Source: an uncultured delta proteobacterium
GTDB taxonomy: Bacteria; Myxococcota_A; Polyangia; Polyangiales; B10-G4
DNA: 64,000 bases
Direction of reading: 5' to 3'
Assembly (NCBI GenBank): GCA_963727445.1
Contig: CAVSGI010000020.1
Coordinates: 384,001 to 448,000, forward strand
Below the pieces are notes generated by a model that saw nothing but the letters and a program-made list of their open reading frames with translations, was not told the DNA's origin and did not search any database. Positions within the stretch are counted from its first letter, which is position 1. The number at the start of each line of letters is the position of its first letter. Positions 9,304 to 18,814 of this stretch are shown piece by piece. Made by a program: the position numbers and the translations under genes.

Positions 9304-10732
9304 GCATCAGCGGCGCGTTCTGTGGCGCGCTCGCCCCAGCCGGCTCGAGCCGTCCACGGGTGGCCTCGCGTACGTCGGGGACGATCGTCAGCGCCCAGGG
9401 CGTCCCGCCCTCGGGGGCGCGGCCCAGAGCGACCAGATCGGTCTTGCCGTCACCGTCGACGTCCGCGAGCGCGTAGTCGTGAATCGGGGCGCCTTCAATC
9501 GTGAGCAGCGTCTGGAGGGTGAAGCCGAGGTCGTCGCCCTGCTGTAGCCAGACGACGTTCTGCCCGTCGATCCCCACGATGTCGCGCTTGCGATCCCCGT
9601 CGACGTCACGGAGCGAGATCCCGCGCAGGCCCGCGGGTGCTCCTTCGATGGCGCGCGGGCTCAGGGACTCGGGAGGACCGGCGACGACCAGGAAGAGTCC
9701 AGTCGCGGCGACGAGCACGTCCTCGCCTCCGTCACCGTCTACGTCTCCGGACACCACCTCGCGGGCCCCCGGCGTCTCGATCTCGGCGGTGCGCGGGAAG
9801 TGGGCCGTGCCATCGCCAAAGTGGATGCGTACCTGATCGGCGCCAGCGGCGGTGACCACCGCGTCCTGCTCGCCATCGCGATCGAGGTCAGCCACCGTGA
9901 CGTCCACGTCCCCGAGCCCCGCGCGCAGGACCGAGGCACGCGCGGGGGCCGGACCGCCGGTGAACACCCAGACCTCGCTCGGCCGCCGCGCGAGGTCGCT
10001 CCCACGGTTCGTGGCCAGGATCTCCATGCCGGGATGGCCGTCGAGCTGCGCCAGCACCGCTCGGTCCGCGGCGATGGGCGCCAGCAGAATGGGCGCCTCG
10101 AAGGCGCCCATCGCGCTTCGACGCAAGAGGTGGAGCGCGCCCCCACGCACGTCCCCCTCGCTGGTGAGGCCACGGAAGGGCAGCACCAGATCGCCGAGCC
10201 CGTCCCCATCGACGTCCATGTCCGCCGGTTTGCCGGCGGCGAGGCGCACCTGCGCCGACGGCGACGCAGCGCCTGCCGCATCGAAGGTCGCGACCAGGAG
10301 AGGAGAGGGCTCCGGCTCCTCGTCGAAAGCGAAGACGTGCACCTTGGGCCCGCAGCCGAGCGCGACCTCGGGGCGGGGATCTCCGACGACCTCGAGCGCT
10401 GCGAGGCTCACGTCGGTGGTGTCCACCGTACAGACGGCGTAGGTAGGCGGCGGCTCCGCGGGCGCTTCGTTGTCTCCCTCGGTCTCCGCGCTCTCGCCCT
10501 CCGCCGCGACCTCGGCGCTCTGCGCCGCGCCATCGACGCCGGCGTCGGCCGCGTCCTCGTCCTCACCCTCGCGCGTCGCGCGCTCTTCCTCTTCCGAACC
10601 GTCCCCGTTTGCGGTTACCTCGTGCGGCGCGCCCGTGGGGATCACACCCGCAGCGAAGGCGATGCCGGCGAGAATCGCCCAGATCGCGAGGAGAACACCG
10701 AACGCGCGGAGCGCCATCAGGGTCTGCTTCAC
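9284..10732 (-). CDS. FG-GAP/VCBS repeat beta-propeller protein
   Basis: Repeated D-[VL]-DGDG..D motifs (DVDGDGLGDL, DLDRDGEQD, DVDGDGGEDV, DVDGDRKRDI, DVDGDGKTDL); N-terminal TM. Confidence 0.85.
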   Translation of the reverse strand: MKQTLMALRAFGVLLAIWAILAGIAFAAGVIPTGAPHEVTANGDGSEEEERATREGEDEDAADAGVDGAAQSAEVAAEGESAETEGDNEAPAEPPPTYAVCTVDTTDVSLAALEVVGDPRPEVALGCGPKVHVFAFDEEPEPSPLLVATFDAAGAASPSAQVRLAAGKPADMDVDGDGLGDLVLPFRGLTSEGDVRGGALHLLRRSAMGAFEAPILLAPIAADRAVLAQLDGHPGMEILATNRGSDLARRPSEVWVFTGGPAPARASVLRAGLGDVDVTVADLDRDGEQDAVVTAAGADQVRIHFGDGTAHFPRTAEIETPGAREVVSGDVDGDGGEDVLVAATGLFLVVAGPPESLSPRAIEGAPAGLRGISLRDVDGDRKRDIVGIDGQNVVWLQQGDDLGFTLQTLLTIEGAPIHDYALADVDGDGKTDLVALGRAPEGGTPWALTIVPDVREATRGRLEPAGASAPQNAPLMLNVTLR

Positions 10733-10790
10733 GGCCCGGACGATACACCGGAGTCGCGTCGATTGCAGCGCGTGTGTGAAGCTCATGGGC

Positions 10791-12773
10791 ATGTGCCCGC
10801 GCACGGTCAGCGTCCCGCCCGATCTCAGAGAGGTATTCCGGGCGGCCGAGAAGAGCGTCGCGCTTTACTTCGACGAGCGACGCAGGGATCCGGAGCGCGG
10901 GCAGATCGAGATTCAGGGCGAGCGCTACGTTCTGATTCGCGCCCCGTCGCTTTCGGTGGAGTTCTTCGACCTCTGCCGGGATCTCTACGGGGAAGGCCGG
11001 CACGAAGAGGCCGACGACTTCGCGCGAAACATCCTCTTCGATCTGGCGCATGCGGTCGGTCGCGCCGACGCGCAGCGATTCCACTCGCGCATGGGCCTAC
11101 ACGCGCCCTTGGAGAAGCTCGCCGCCGGGCCGGTCCATTTCGCTCACGCTGGCTGGGCGCGCGTCGAGATCAAGCCCGAATCGAAGCCCGCCGCCGATGA
11201 GAGCTTCTACCTGCTGTACGACCATTCCTACTCCTTCGAAGCGGATGCCTGGCTCCAGGTGGGGCGCGAGACGTCGATCCCGGTCTGCATCATGAACGCC
11301 GGCTACTCCTCCGGCTGGTGCGAGCAGAGCTTCGACGTGCCGCTCGTGGCCTCCGAGGTGCTGTGTCGCGCGCGGGGCGACGATGCGTGCAGATTCGTGA
11401 TGAGTCACCCGGCACACATCGAGTCCCACGTGGAGCGCTTCGCCGAGAGCAGCGATCCGAGCCCCACCGGGCGGAGGGACATACGCATCCCCGACTTCTT
11501 CCATCGCAAACGCGTCGAAGAAGAGCTCCGCCTCGCGCGTCACGAGCTCGAGCTCCGGGTAGAGGAGCGAACCCGGGAGCTTTCCAAGGCGAACGCCAAG
11601 CTTCGCGAAGAGATCAGGCAGCGCGAGAACACCGAGCGCAGGCTACTGGTGTCGGCAAAGCTCGAAGCCCTCGGCAAGCTCGCGGGCGGGATCGCGCACG
11701 ACTTCAACAACCTCATGAGCGTCGTCATCGGGCACGCGTCGATGTTGGAGACGAAGCTCGAGGGCACCCCCGCGGCGCAGGCGGCGCAGATCCGCCTCGC
11801 CGGCGAGCAGGCGGCGGCGCTCACTCAGCAGCTCCTCGCCTTCAGCGCCGCGCGCGTGGTCACGCAGGAGCCCATCGCCCTCGACCCCGCCGTGTCGGAG
11901 GTCGCGCACCTGATCGATCGCCTCCTCGGCGACGACATCTCTCTGGACCTCGACCTGACGTCGGGCAGCGAAGAGGTGGTCTCCGATCGAAGCCAGCTCA
12001 CCCAGGTCATCATGAATCTCGCCATCAACGCGCGTGACGCGATGCCCGATGGAGGCATCCTCCGCATCGGGACGCAAGTGGTCGAGACGCCGGCCGATGG
12101 CCACGACGCACCCGCCGGTCGTTGGGGGATGTTGGAGGTCGAGGACTCGGGGATCGGGATGGACGAGGACACGCGGGCGCGGGCGTTCGACCCCTTCTTC
12201 ACCACCAAGTCGGCCGGTCGCGGCACGGGGCTCGGATTGCCGACGGTGGCGTCAATCGTCGAGCGCGGCCGCGGACACCTCGACCTCCACACGCAGTCCG
12301 GGGTGGGAACACGGGTGCGCGTCTACCTGCCGCTCTGCGAGACGCACGACGGCCAAAAGGCGGCCGTTCCCCCACCCACGCCGCTGCCGAGAGGCGAGGA
12401 GACGATCCTGGTGGTGGAGGACCAGGCCGGTGTGCGTCAGATGGTCGTCCAACTCCTCGAGACGCTCGGCTACCGCGTGGTCGCGGCAGCCAGCCCGCCG
12501 GAGGCGCTCCGCCTCGCCGAGGAGCACGAGGGAAGGTTCGCGCTCCTGCTCACCGACGTGGTCATGCCCTCCATGAGTGGGCGGCAGCTCGCCGACCGCC
12601 TGCAGCGCAAGCTGGGTGTGCTGCCGGTGCTCTACGTGTCGGGCTACGCCGACGACGAGGTGCTCCGCTACGGCGTCGCGCAGGGAACGGCGGACCTGCT
12701 CCAGAAGCCGTTCACGCCGAATCAGCTCGCGGAACGCGTGCGCGAGATCATCGAGAGGTTCCGGAAGCGCTGA
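10791..12773 (+). CDS. Hybrid sensor histidine kinase with XylR_N/V4R input and C-terminal receiver
   Basis: V4R (CIMNAGYSSGW..EVLCRARGDDAC); GIAHDFNN H-box; NLAINARDAM, DSGIGM, PFFTTK, GTGLGL; receiver LLLTDVVMP..QKPF. Confidence 0.93.
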   Translation: MCPRTVSVPPDLREVFRAAEKSVALYFDERRRDPERGQIEIQGERYVLIRAPSLSVEFFDLCRDLYGEGRHEEADDFARNILFDLAHAVGRADAQRFHSRMGLHAPLEKLAAGPVHFAHAGWARVEIKPESKPAADESFYLLYDHSYSFEADAWLQVGRETSIPVCIMNAGYSSGWCEQSFDVPLVASEVLCRARGDDACRFVMSHPAHIESHVERFAESSDPSPTGRRDIRIPDFFHRKRVEEELRLARHELELRVEERTRELSKANAKLREEIRQRENTERRLLVSAKLEALGKLAGGIAHDFNNLMSVVIGHASMLETKLEGTPAAQAAQIRLAGEQAAALTQQLLAFSAARVVTQEPIALDPAVSEVAHLIDRLLGDDISLDLDLTSGSEEVVSDRSQLTQVIMNLAINARDAMPDGGILRIGTQVVETPADGHDAPAGRWGMLEVEDSGIGMDEDTRARAFDPFFTTKSAGRGTGLGLPTVASIVERGRGHLDLHTQSGVGTRVRVYLPLCETHDGQKAAVPPPTPLPRGEETILVVEDQAGVRQMVVQLLETLGYRVVAAASPPEALRLAEEHEGRFALLLTDVVMPSMSGRQLADRLQRKLGVLPVLYVSGYADDEVLRYGVAQGTADLLQKPFTPNQLAERVREIIERFRKR

Positions 12774-14139
12774 AGGTTGCGCGCGGCGAGGCGACGATCG
12801 TCAGGTTGCGCGGGCTCTCGTCGTCTCGCCACGCCGTGACGATACGCGCCTCGTAGCCTGCGTCTTCCAGCGCGGACGCGCGGTCGGCTACCACCGCGAC
12901 CTCGAGCGCGCGGGCGAGCATGGCGCGGGGGAGGCTCAGGCGCCGAATGATCGAGAACTCGCGTCGCGCGCGCGCATTGATCGCGTCGATCTCGTGCGCG
13001 GAGGCCGGCGCCAGCGCCCGCCGCGCCAGCGCCAGCGGCGCCACCTCGGCCAGACCGCGGTTCATCCGGCGCCGGTTGATGCCGTGGGATTCTTCGCCCG
13101 GAGCGCAGGGAACGCCGCGGCCTTGGAGCAGGAGGCGGAGCGCGTAGCGCGTCTCGCGGCTCGCCATGATCCCTTCCATCGACGTCTCCACGCCGACCGG
13201 CCGGATGCTCACGTTCGCGAGCCCGAGGAGGGCTCGCCGCGCCACGAAGCCGCGCTCGTTCGCGAGGCGAGACAGGGGCTGGCGCGCTTCGCCGCCGATC
13301 TTCTGCAGGCAGCAAGAGACGAGGAGGAGATCGGCGCCCGCGCCGGCGGCCCCCCGAACGATGGCGTCGCCGAGGTCGCCGCAGGCGTGCAGGCCGACCA
13401 CCAGGTCGCCGTCGCGAATGGGCAACTGGCTGCGCGCATCGACGCGTTCGAAAGAGGTCGCGCTCTTGGAGCACATCTCAAAAATGCTCCTGTCGCCCCG
13501 CTTGCGGGGCGCAGCCGGCTGCCGCCATCCCCTCGCCTCGAAAATGCACGGCATTTCCTCAGCTCGCGGACGCGGCAGCCGACCACGCCGCGCGGCGCGA
13601 TGCTCGGTCGCAATTTTGAGATGTGCTCTGGTCAGCGCGCGCGCCTTTTCAACCCGGTCCGCTTCGATCTCGAGCCCGACCGCCGGACAATCGAGATCGT
13701 CGGCGAGGACCCGCGTCAGGTGGCCGAGGCCGGCGCCGACGTCCACCACGCGCCGCGGCGCGCCGAGGAGCCTCTGCGCCAAGCTGGAGAGCGACTCCAC
13801 CTGCGCACGCTTGCGCTCCGAGACGCGCCGGATCGTCCGAAGTCGATCACTCGCGCGGGAGGCGTCGGTGACCCGGGTGAGCGCGTCGACGCGCTCGGCG
13901 AGCGTCGCCAGCGAAGGCGGCGCTTCGGGGCTCGTGGTGAGGACCTCCGCGAGGCCGTGCGACTCCGCGCGCCGAAGCTGGTCGTCGTCGATGGAGCGGA
14001 GGTAGCCCTCCCACCCGCGCGCGAGACACCACGCCGGCGCCTCGGGGTGATGCACCCGCTTCGCGAGGATGTCCCCGGTCTCCTCGAGGAGGTCGAGCAG
14101 GCGATCCAGCCGAGCGGTCTCTTCAGCCTTTGCCGTCAT
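12748..14139 (-). CDS. Class I SAM-dependent methyltransferase (Methyltransf_32-like) carrying a 54-aa in-frame palindromic insertion
   Basis: VVDVGAGLGHL; VVGLHACGDL; SCC; SPRN; insertion at 13469-13630. Confidence 0.85.
   Translation of the reverse strand: MTAKAEETARLDRLLDLLEETGDILAKRVHHPEAPAWCLARGWEGYLRSIDDDQLRRAESHGLAEVLTTSPEAPPSLATLAERVDALTRVTDASRASDRLRTIRRVSERKRAQVESLSSLAQRLLGAPRRVVDVGAGLGHLTRVLADDLDCPAVGLEIEADRVEKARALTRAHLKIATEHRAARRGRLPRPRAEEMPCIFEARGWRQPAAPRKRGDRSIFEMCSKSATSFERVDARSQLPIRDGDLVVGLHACGDLGDAIVRGAAGAGADLLLVSCCLQKIGGEARQPLSRLANERGFVARRALLGLANVSIRPVGVETSMEGIMASRETRYALRLLLQGRGVPCAPGEESHGINRRRMNRGLAEVAPLALARRALAPASAHEIDAINARARREFSIIRRLSLPRAMLARALEVAVVADRASALEDAGYEARIVTAWRDDESPRNLTIVASPRATFSASGTSR
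13469..13628. mobile_element. 160-bp MITE / palindromic element inserted in frame in a CDS
   Basis: TIRs GAGCACATCTCAAAAATGC (13469) and GCAATTTTGAGATGTGCTC (13610-13628), 18/19 match; TG(G) duplicated on both sides; internal hairpins. Confidence 0.88.
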
Positions 14140-14983
14140 CCAGGGAGGAGAGGAAGGTAGCGAGCCGCCGCGACAGCGCGGCCGGGCGGTCGAGGAAGGG
14201 GCTGTGTCCCATGCCCGAGAGCTCCTCGATTTGCGCGTGGGGTGGAAGGCTCTCCTTCCAGAAGTCCAGGTGTCTCGTCGGCAGGATCCGGTCGGCTTCG
14301 CCCCAGACGAGGAGGATGGGGATGGAGAGCGCGCGGAGAGCCTCCGGATCGAAGCCGTGAGCGTCGAGATCCGCCGCCTCGAGCAGCTCCCGAAAGTGGG
14401 CGCGCGAGAGCTTTCTGCGAACGCCCCAGGCGAAGAAATGTCGCAGCGGTCCCGGGCGTGCGAGGAGGCGATCGATGAAGTCGAGCGCCTTTTCGTGATC
14501 GCTCAGGTCGAAGACCGCGCGGATCTCGTCGAGGTCGTCGGGGCCGGTGCGCGCACCGGCAGGCGATGCGAGGAGGAGCGCCCGCACGCGCTCCGGGCGC
14601 TCGAGGGCGTAGCGAACCGCGGTGTACCCGCCGAGGGAGTTGCCGAAGACCGCGACCGGCTCACTGATGATCGAGTCGAGCGCCTCGAAGACCGCCATCA
14701 GGAGGCTTTCGGGATCGTAGCCCGAGCGCGGGTGGTCGCTGAAGCCGTGGGCCGGCAGGTCCACCGCGATCAGTCGGCGCACGTTGGGCGTCATTCGATT
14801 GAGCAGGGGCCTCAGGAACACACCCGCCGATCCCAACCCGTGGATCATCACCAGCGTCGGCCCGTCGCCGCTGCACCACCGTTCCATCAGGTGGATCTCG
14901 CCTTCGGCCGTCGGGATGCGACGGCTGGAGAAGCCTCGGAGGCGAAGAGACGCGCGCGCGAAATGCTCAGCCGGGTCTGCCAT
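14123..14983 (-). CDS. Alpha/beta fold hydrolase
   Basis: IHGLG, DLPAHGFS, GNSLGG nucleophile elbow, WGEADRI, GHSP. Confidence 0.92.
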   Translation of the reverse strand: MADPAEHFARASLRLRGFSSRRIPTAEGEIHLMERWCSGDGPTLVMIHGLGSAGVFLRPLLNRMTPNVRRLIAVDLPAHGFSDHPRSGYDPESLLMAVFEALDSIISEPVAVFGNSLGGYTAVRYALERPERVRALLLASPAGARTGPDDLDEIRAVFDLSDHEKALDFIDRLLARPGPLRHFFAWGVRRKLSRAHFRELLEAADLDAHGFDPEALRALSIPILLVWGEADRILPTRHLDFWKESLPPHAQIEELSGMGHSPFLDRPAALSRRLATFLSSLDDGKG

Positions 14984-14997
14984 CTACCCCATCTCGA

Positions 14998-16200
14998 CTA
15001 CAGGTCTTCGAAGAGAGAGATGCGCTCGGCGCTCTCGTGGGTCGGTGCGTCATCGGCGGGGCGAACAGTCACGGCACCGTAGAGCCCGTAGGTGTGCCCC
15101 TTGTCGCTGCCGCGGCGTCCGGCGTCGAGGCGACAGCGGAAGCCGCCGACGTTGATCACGTGCTCGCTGGCGACGGGGGGGACGCGCCCATCGATGAACC
15201 CCACGGCGAAGGTCCCCACCAGACGCCGGGCCGATGCCGCGTCCGACCATTCGGCGAGCTCGATCTCCACCTCGGGCAGCTTCAGTTGGCAGAGGCCCCG
15301 CGTGGCCGCCCAGCCATCCTTCGCGATCAACCGAATGTATGCGCTGGCGAGGCCGCGCCCCTTGGCGCTCACGGCCAGCGCCTTGCGCAGGTCCGTCACC
15401 TTCACCAGCTTCTCCGCCCGCTGAACGTAGACCCACTCGCAGTCGACCTGGGCCGCGAGCTCTCCGGCGGCGCGGCCGAGCCACTGGAGGGCTTCGGCGC
15501 GCTCGCCCCGCTCCTCGGGTGGCGACATCGCGATCTCCAGGACGCATGCCGCCTCGGGGAGGCGCAGGGAGGGACGCGAAAGCCTCTCGCGGATCGGTTC
15601 CCAGGGCAGCGGACCGCGCACGCGGCCGAGCCACTCGCGCTCCGGATGTCCGAGCGCACCATCGTTGCCGTCGAGGACGAGCTCGGCGGTCGCGCCGAAT
15701 CGCTGGATCCATTCTCGGCTGAAGCGGACGTCGTCGAGCTCCGGATCGGGATCGTCGGAGAGCACCAGCAAGCGCACGCTGTCGTCGTCGGCGCCGGCGA
15801 ACGCCACCACCAGATACACGCCGTCCTTCTGGCGCATGAGGGTGACCGTCGACAGCGTCTGCCCGTCGGGCATCTGGATGGTCTCGTAGACCTCCGCGTC
15901 CTCGTTCGGCAGCAGGCGCACCCCGCGCGTCTCGAGAGGTGTGGCGCGCGTCCAGAACTTCCGCATCTGGGCGACGGCCTCGGGCAGCCCCTCGGCTGCG
16001 CTGAGGTCGAGCAGGAGATCGCGCTCCCAGGGCGGCCGCGCCCCCCAGGCCATGGTGGCCCGCACCGCTTCCACGTCACCGGCCTGAAGCGACTCCCGAT
16101 GAAGGCGAAGGGCGTCGAGGATGAGCGTCTCCGAGCGAGCGGCCTTCGGGTGGGTGGAAGCGCGCTCGTCGAGCTGACGAACCGGAGGTGGCTTGGTCAT
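14998..16200 (-). CDS. Hypothetical protein
   Basis: About 400-aa ORF with normal codon bias; TRGL..L.LPEVE resembles DUF4261-like C-termini; start uncertain. Confidence 0.65.
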   Translation of the reverse strand: MTKPPPVRQLDERASTHPKAARSETLILDALRLHRESLQAGDVEAVRATMAWGARPPWERDLLLDLSAAEGLPEAVAQMRKFWTRATPLETRGVRLLPNEDAEVYETIQMPDGQTLSTVTLMRQKDGVYLVVAFAGADDDSVRLLVLSDDPDPELDDVRFSREWIQRFGATAELVLDGNDGALGHPEREWLGRVRGPLPWEPIRERLSRPSLRLPEAACVLEIAMSPPEERGERAEALQWLGRAAGELAAQVDCEWVYVQRAEKLVKVTDLRKALAVSAKGRGLASAYIRLIAKDGWAATRGLCQLKLPEVEIELAEWSDAASARRLVGTFAVGFIDGRVPPVASEHVINVGGFRCRLDAGRRGSDKGHTYGLYGAVTVRPADDAPTHESAERISLFEDL

Positions 16201-16268
16201 CCGAGGGGACAGGACAAAGGGGGGGACCCGAGAAGTGTATTCAAATCCCTCGGCCAACCCCAGTCGGA

Positions 16269-16601
16269 TCAGTGCAGGCCGGGGTTGGTGCCGGGATAGG
16301 CCATCACGATGGCCTTGGGCGGCCTTTCTATCGCGATTACGGGACCGGTCAGGACCGAGCTCTCCCCATCGAAGATGATCCTCTGGCCGGGGATCGGCAG
16401 GTTCTGGTCAGCGGTGAGGCTGCCGTTCGCCAGGAGGGTGATCGCCGCCGCGACCCGCCGCTGCATGGCGCGGTGCTGGGGTAGCCACTCGCCGCTGCGA
16501 CGATCCCGTACCCCGACGCACCGGTTCCGGCGCACGTGATACTCGGTGTTCTCCGTCACGAAGACATGGTGGATACGGCGTTCAGCTCTTCGAGAAGACA
16601 T
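16269..16601 (-). CDS. Small myxobacterial-type hypothetical protein
   Basis: ERRIHHVFVTENTEYH..CVGVRDRRSGEW pattern recalled from Polyangiales small proteins. Confidence 0.75.
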   Translation of the reverse strand: MSSRRAERRIHHVFVTENTEYHVRRNRCVGVRDRRSGEWLPQHRAMQRRVAAAITLLANGSLTADQNLPIPGQRIIFDGESSVLTGPVIAIERPPKAIVMAYPGTNPGLH

Positions 16602-16697
16602 CGGGGTGATCTCCGGATCAGCGCTTCTGCAAAGCGAATGCCCGCGAACGGAGACGGATAAGCTGAAGGATCTCGGCCCGGATGGAACATTCCATGG

Positions 16698-16713
16698 AGC
16701 GAGTGCCTGGCCA
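16698..16713 (-). promoter_or_regulatory. Possible sigma54 promoter for the gene starting at 16601
   Basis: TGGCCAGGCACTCGCT on the minus strand (GG-N10-GC) in an intergenic region. Confidence 0.35.
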
Positions 16714-16799
16714 CTGCGGGAGCCATTGGGGCCATTCGGGGACGGCGGAGCCGGGTCGAGGCTCCGCGCCCCGGCCCGTATGAATTACCCTCGGCCCCG

Positions 16800-17417
16800 A
16801 TGAACGACGAGCTCATGATGGGGAGCGAGCGCCGGCTTTGGCAGCTCATCGAGGAACGCACGCTGCCGGGGGCCGACCTCGCGCGGATCGACCAGCGGAT
16901 CTGGGATCTCTTCGGAGAGGACTGGGCGGTGATGTTCACCGACCTCGCCGGCTTCTCGCGGCAGACGGCGGCCTTCGGGATCATCCACTTCCTGCAGATC
17001 ATTCACGAGCAGAAGAAGATGCTCCTGCCGATCGTCGCCGATCACGACGGCATCCTGATCAAGAGCGAAGCGGACAGCATGCTGATGGTCTTTCGGCGGC
17101 CGGAGAGCGCGCTTCGCTGCGCCATCACGATGCAGCACGCCTGCCAGAAGGACGCCGAGCGGCGCGTGCCCGAAGAACAGATCCTCCTCTGCGTCGGGAT
17201 CGGGAGCGGGCGGATCCTCCGCATTGGCGACCACGACGTCTGGGGCTCGGAGGTCAACGCCGCGAGCAAGCTCGGCGAGGACACGGCCAAGGCCCACGAG
17301 ATCCTCGTCACCGAGTCGGTGCGCGAGGCCTGCAAGGAGATGCCCGGCGTGAGCTATCTCGACCTCGGGCTCGCCGTCGCGGGCTCGGCACAGAACTACC
17401 GGGTCAAGTACCAGTAG
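16800..17417 (+). CDS. Standalone class III adenylate/guanylate cyclase domain protein
   Basis: FTDLAGFS, KSEADS, VGIGSG, DVWGSEVNAASKLGE. Confidence 0.9.
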   Translation: MNDELMMGSERRLWQLIEERTLPGADLARIDQRIWDLFGEDWAVMFTDLAGFSRQTAAFGIIHFLQIIHEQKKMLLPIVADHDGILIKSEADSMLMVFRRPESALRCAITMQHACQKDAERRVPEEQILLCVGIGSGRILRIGDHDVWGSEVNAASKLGEDTAKAHEILVTESVREACKEMPGVSYLDLGLAVAGSAQNYRVKYQ

Positions 17418-18267
17418 CTGGCCGCGCGAGGATCTCCGCGTCCACGAGGAGCGCGCGGATCCTTTCCCAGTAGTCGTCCATCTCGCGCGCGGGCGGGCAG
17501 TCGTTGTGCCCGGCGTCGTAGGCGACGAAGCGCGCGTCCCTGGCGGCGGTCGCGAGGGTGCGCCCATGCGAGAAGGGGATCGTCTGGTCGGCGCGGCCGT
17601 GCACGACCAGGAGCTTCGCGTCGAGGTCGCGGACCACGCTGAGGTTGTCGAATTGGTCGAGGATCAGAAACGACGGGATCAGCCACTGCGCGGCGACGGC
17701 AGGGATGCTCTCGAAGGTCGACTGCAGGACCATCGCGGCGGGTGGGCGGTCCGCGGCCAACGCGCAGACGGCGCCGCCTCCGAGCGAGCGACCGTGATAG
17801 ACGAGGCGGCTCGCGTCGACGTCCGGTCGTTCGACGAGGAGCGCATGGAACGCGAGGAAGTCCTCGTGGATCGCCGACTCGGAGGGAGAGCCGGCGCTGC
17901 GCCCGTAGCCCCGATACTCGGGGAGGAAGACGCTCACGCCCATCTCCCGGTAGGGAGCGAGCTCCTCGGTCCAGTAGTCGATGAGCTCGGCGTTGCCGTG
18001 GGCGAAGAGCACCACCGGGCCCGGGTGCGCCGCGTCCACGCCCCGACCGGGCAGGAAGTAGGCCTCGACCGGACCCTGGTCGCTCTCGATCTCGAGGCGG
18101 CTCAGGCCCTCCACGTTGGCGCCGCCATCGGGTCGGGGGAGCGCGAAGCTGCGCGGGAAGAGCATCGAGCGTTGCAGGGCGAGGACGATCACGACGTAGG
18201 AGAGGATAGCGAGGGTCGCGATGATGAGCAGCGCCCGGCGGCCACGATGGTCGGAGGCCCCGGTCAT
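17404..18267 (-). CDS. Alpha/beta hydrolase (ABHD12/13-like), membrane anchored
   Basis: TM; HGNAE; YRGYGRS.GSPSE; GRSLGG; HG..D; GHND. Confidence 0.92.
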   Translation of the reverse strand: MTGASDHRGRRALLIIATLAILSYVVIVLALQRSMLFPRSFALPRPDGGANVEGLSRLEIESDQGPVEAYFLPGRGVDAAHPGPVVLFAHGNAELIDYWTEELAPYREMGVSVFLPEYRGYGRSAGSPSESAIHEDFLAFHALLVERPDVDASRLVYHGRSLGGGAVCALAADRPPAAMVLQSTFESIPAVAAQWLIPSFLILDQFDNLSVVRDLDAKLLVVHGRADQTIPFSHGRTLATAARDARFVAYDAGHNDCPPAREMDDYWERIRALLVDAEILARPATGT

Positions 18268-18382
18268 GGCGACACTTTGGCAGATTTCCCCGCCATTCAC
18301 CCGTGATCGGCCGGGGAGCCGACTCGCGCCCGTTGACGCCTGCCCCCTCGGCCGACTATCCAGAGCGCCTCTGGAGGCGCCC

Positions 18383-18814
18383 ATGACCATCTTCACCGCG
18401 GAGATCGAGCTGTCGACGGATCAGCCGCGTCAGATGATCGACATCACGGCGCGCACCCGAGCGCTGGTGAAGGAGTCGGGTGTGCAGACGGGCATCTGCT
18501 CTCTCTTCGCCCACGGCGCCACGGCGGGGCTCACGATTCAGGAGAACGCGGACCCCAACATCTCGGTGGACGTCATGAGCTGTCTCGATGGGCTCATCCC
18601 GGCGGGCAAGTGGCTGCACGACCGCATCGACGGCAACGGCGCCTCCCACATCCAGGCCGCGATCGTCGGTCCCACCGAGGTCGTGCCCATCCGCGACGGC
18701 GATCTCCATCTGTCGACCTGGCAGAACGTCTTCTTCTGTGACTTCGATGGGCCACGGCGAACCCGGCGGGTGATCGTGACGATCCTCGGAGACCCCGGGC
18801 GCGCGGAGCCGTGA
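18383..18814 (+). CDS. yjbQ: YjbQ family (UPF0047) secondary thiamine-phosphate synthase
   Basis: HGATAGLTIQENADP..H..DGNGASH..LSTWQNVFFCDFDGPR; GGAGG RBS. Confidence 0.92.
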   Translation: MTIFTAEIELSTDQPRQMIDITARTRALVKESGVQTGICSLFAHGATAGLTIQENADPNISVDVMSCLDGLIPAGKWLHDRIDGNGASHIQAAIVGPTEVVPIRDGDLHLSTWQNVFFCDFDGPRRTRRVIVTILGDPGRAEP

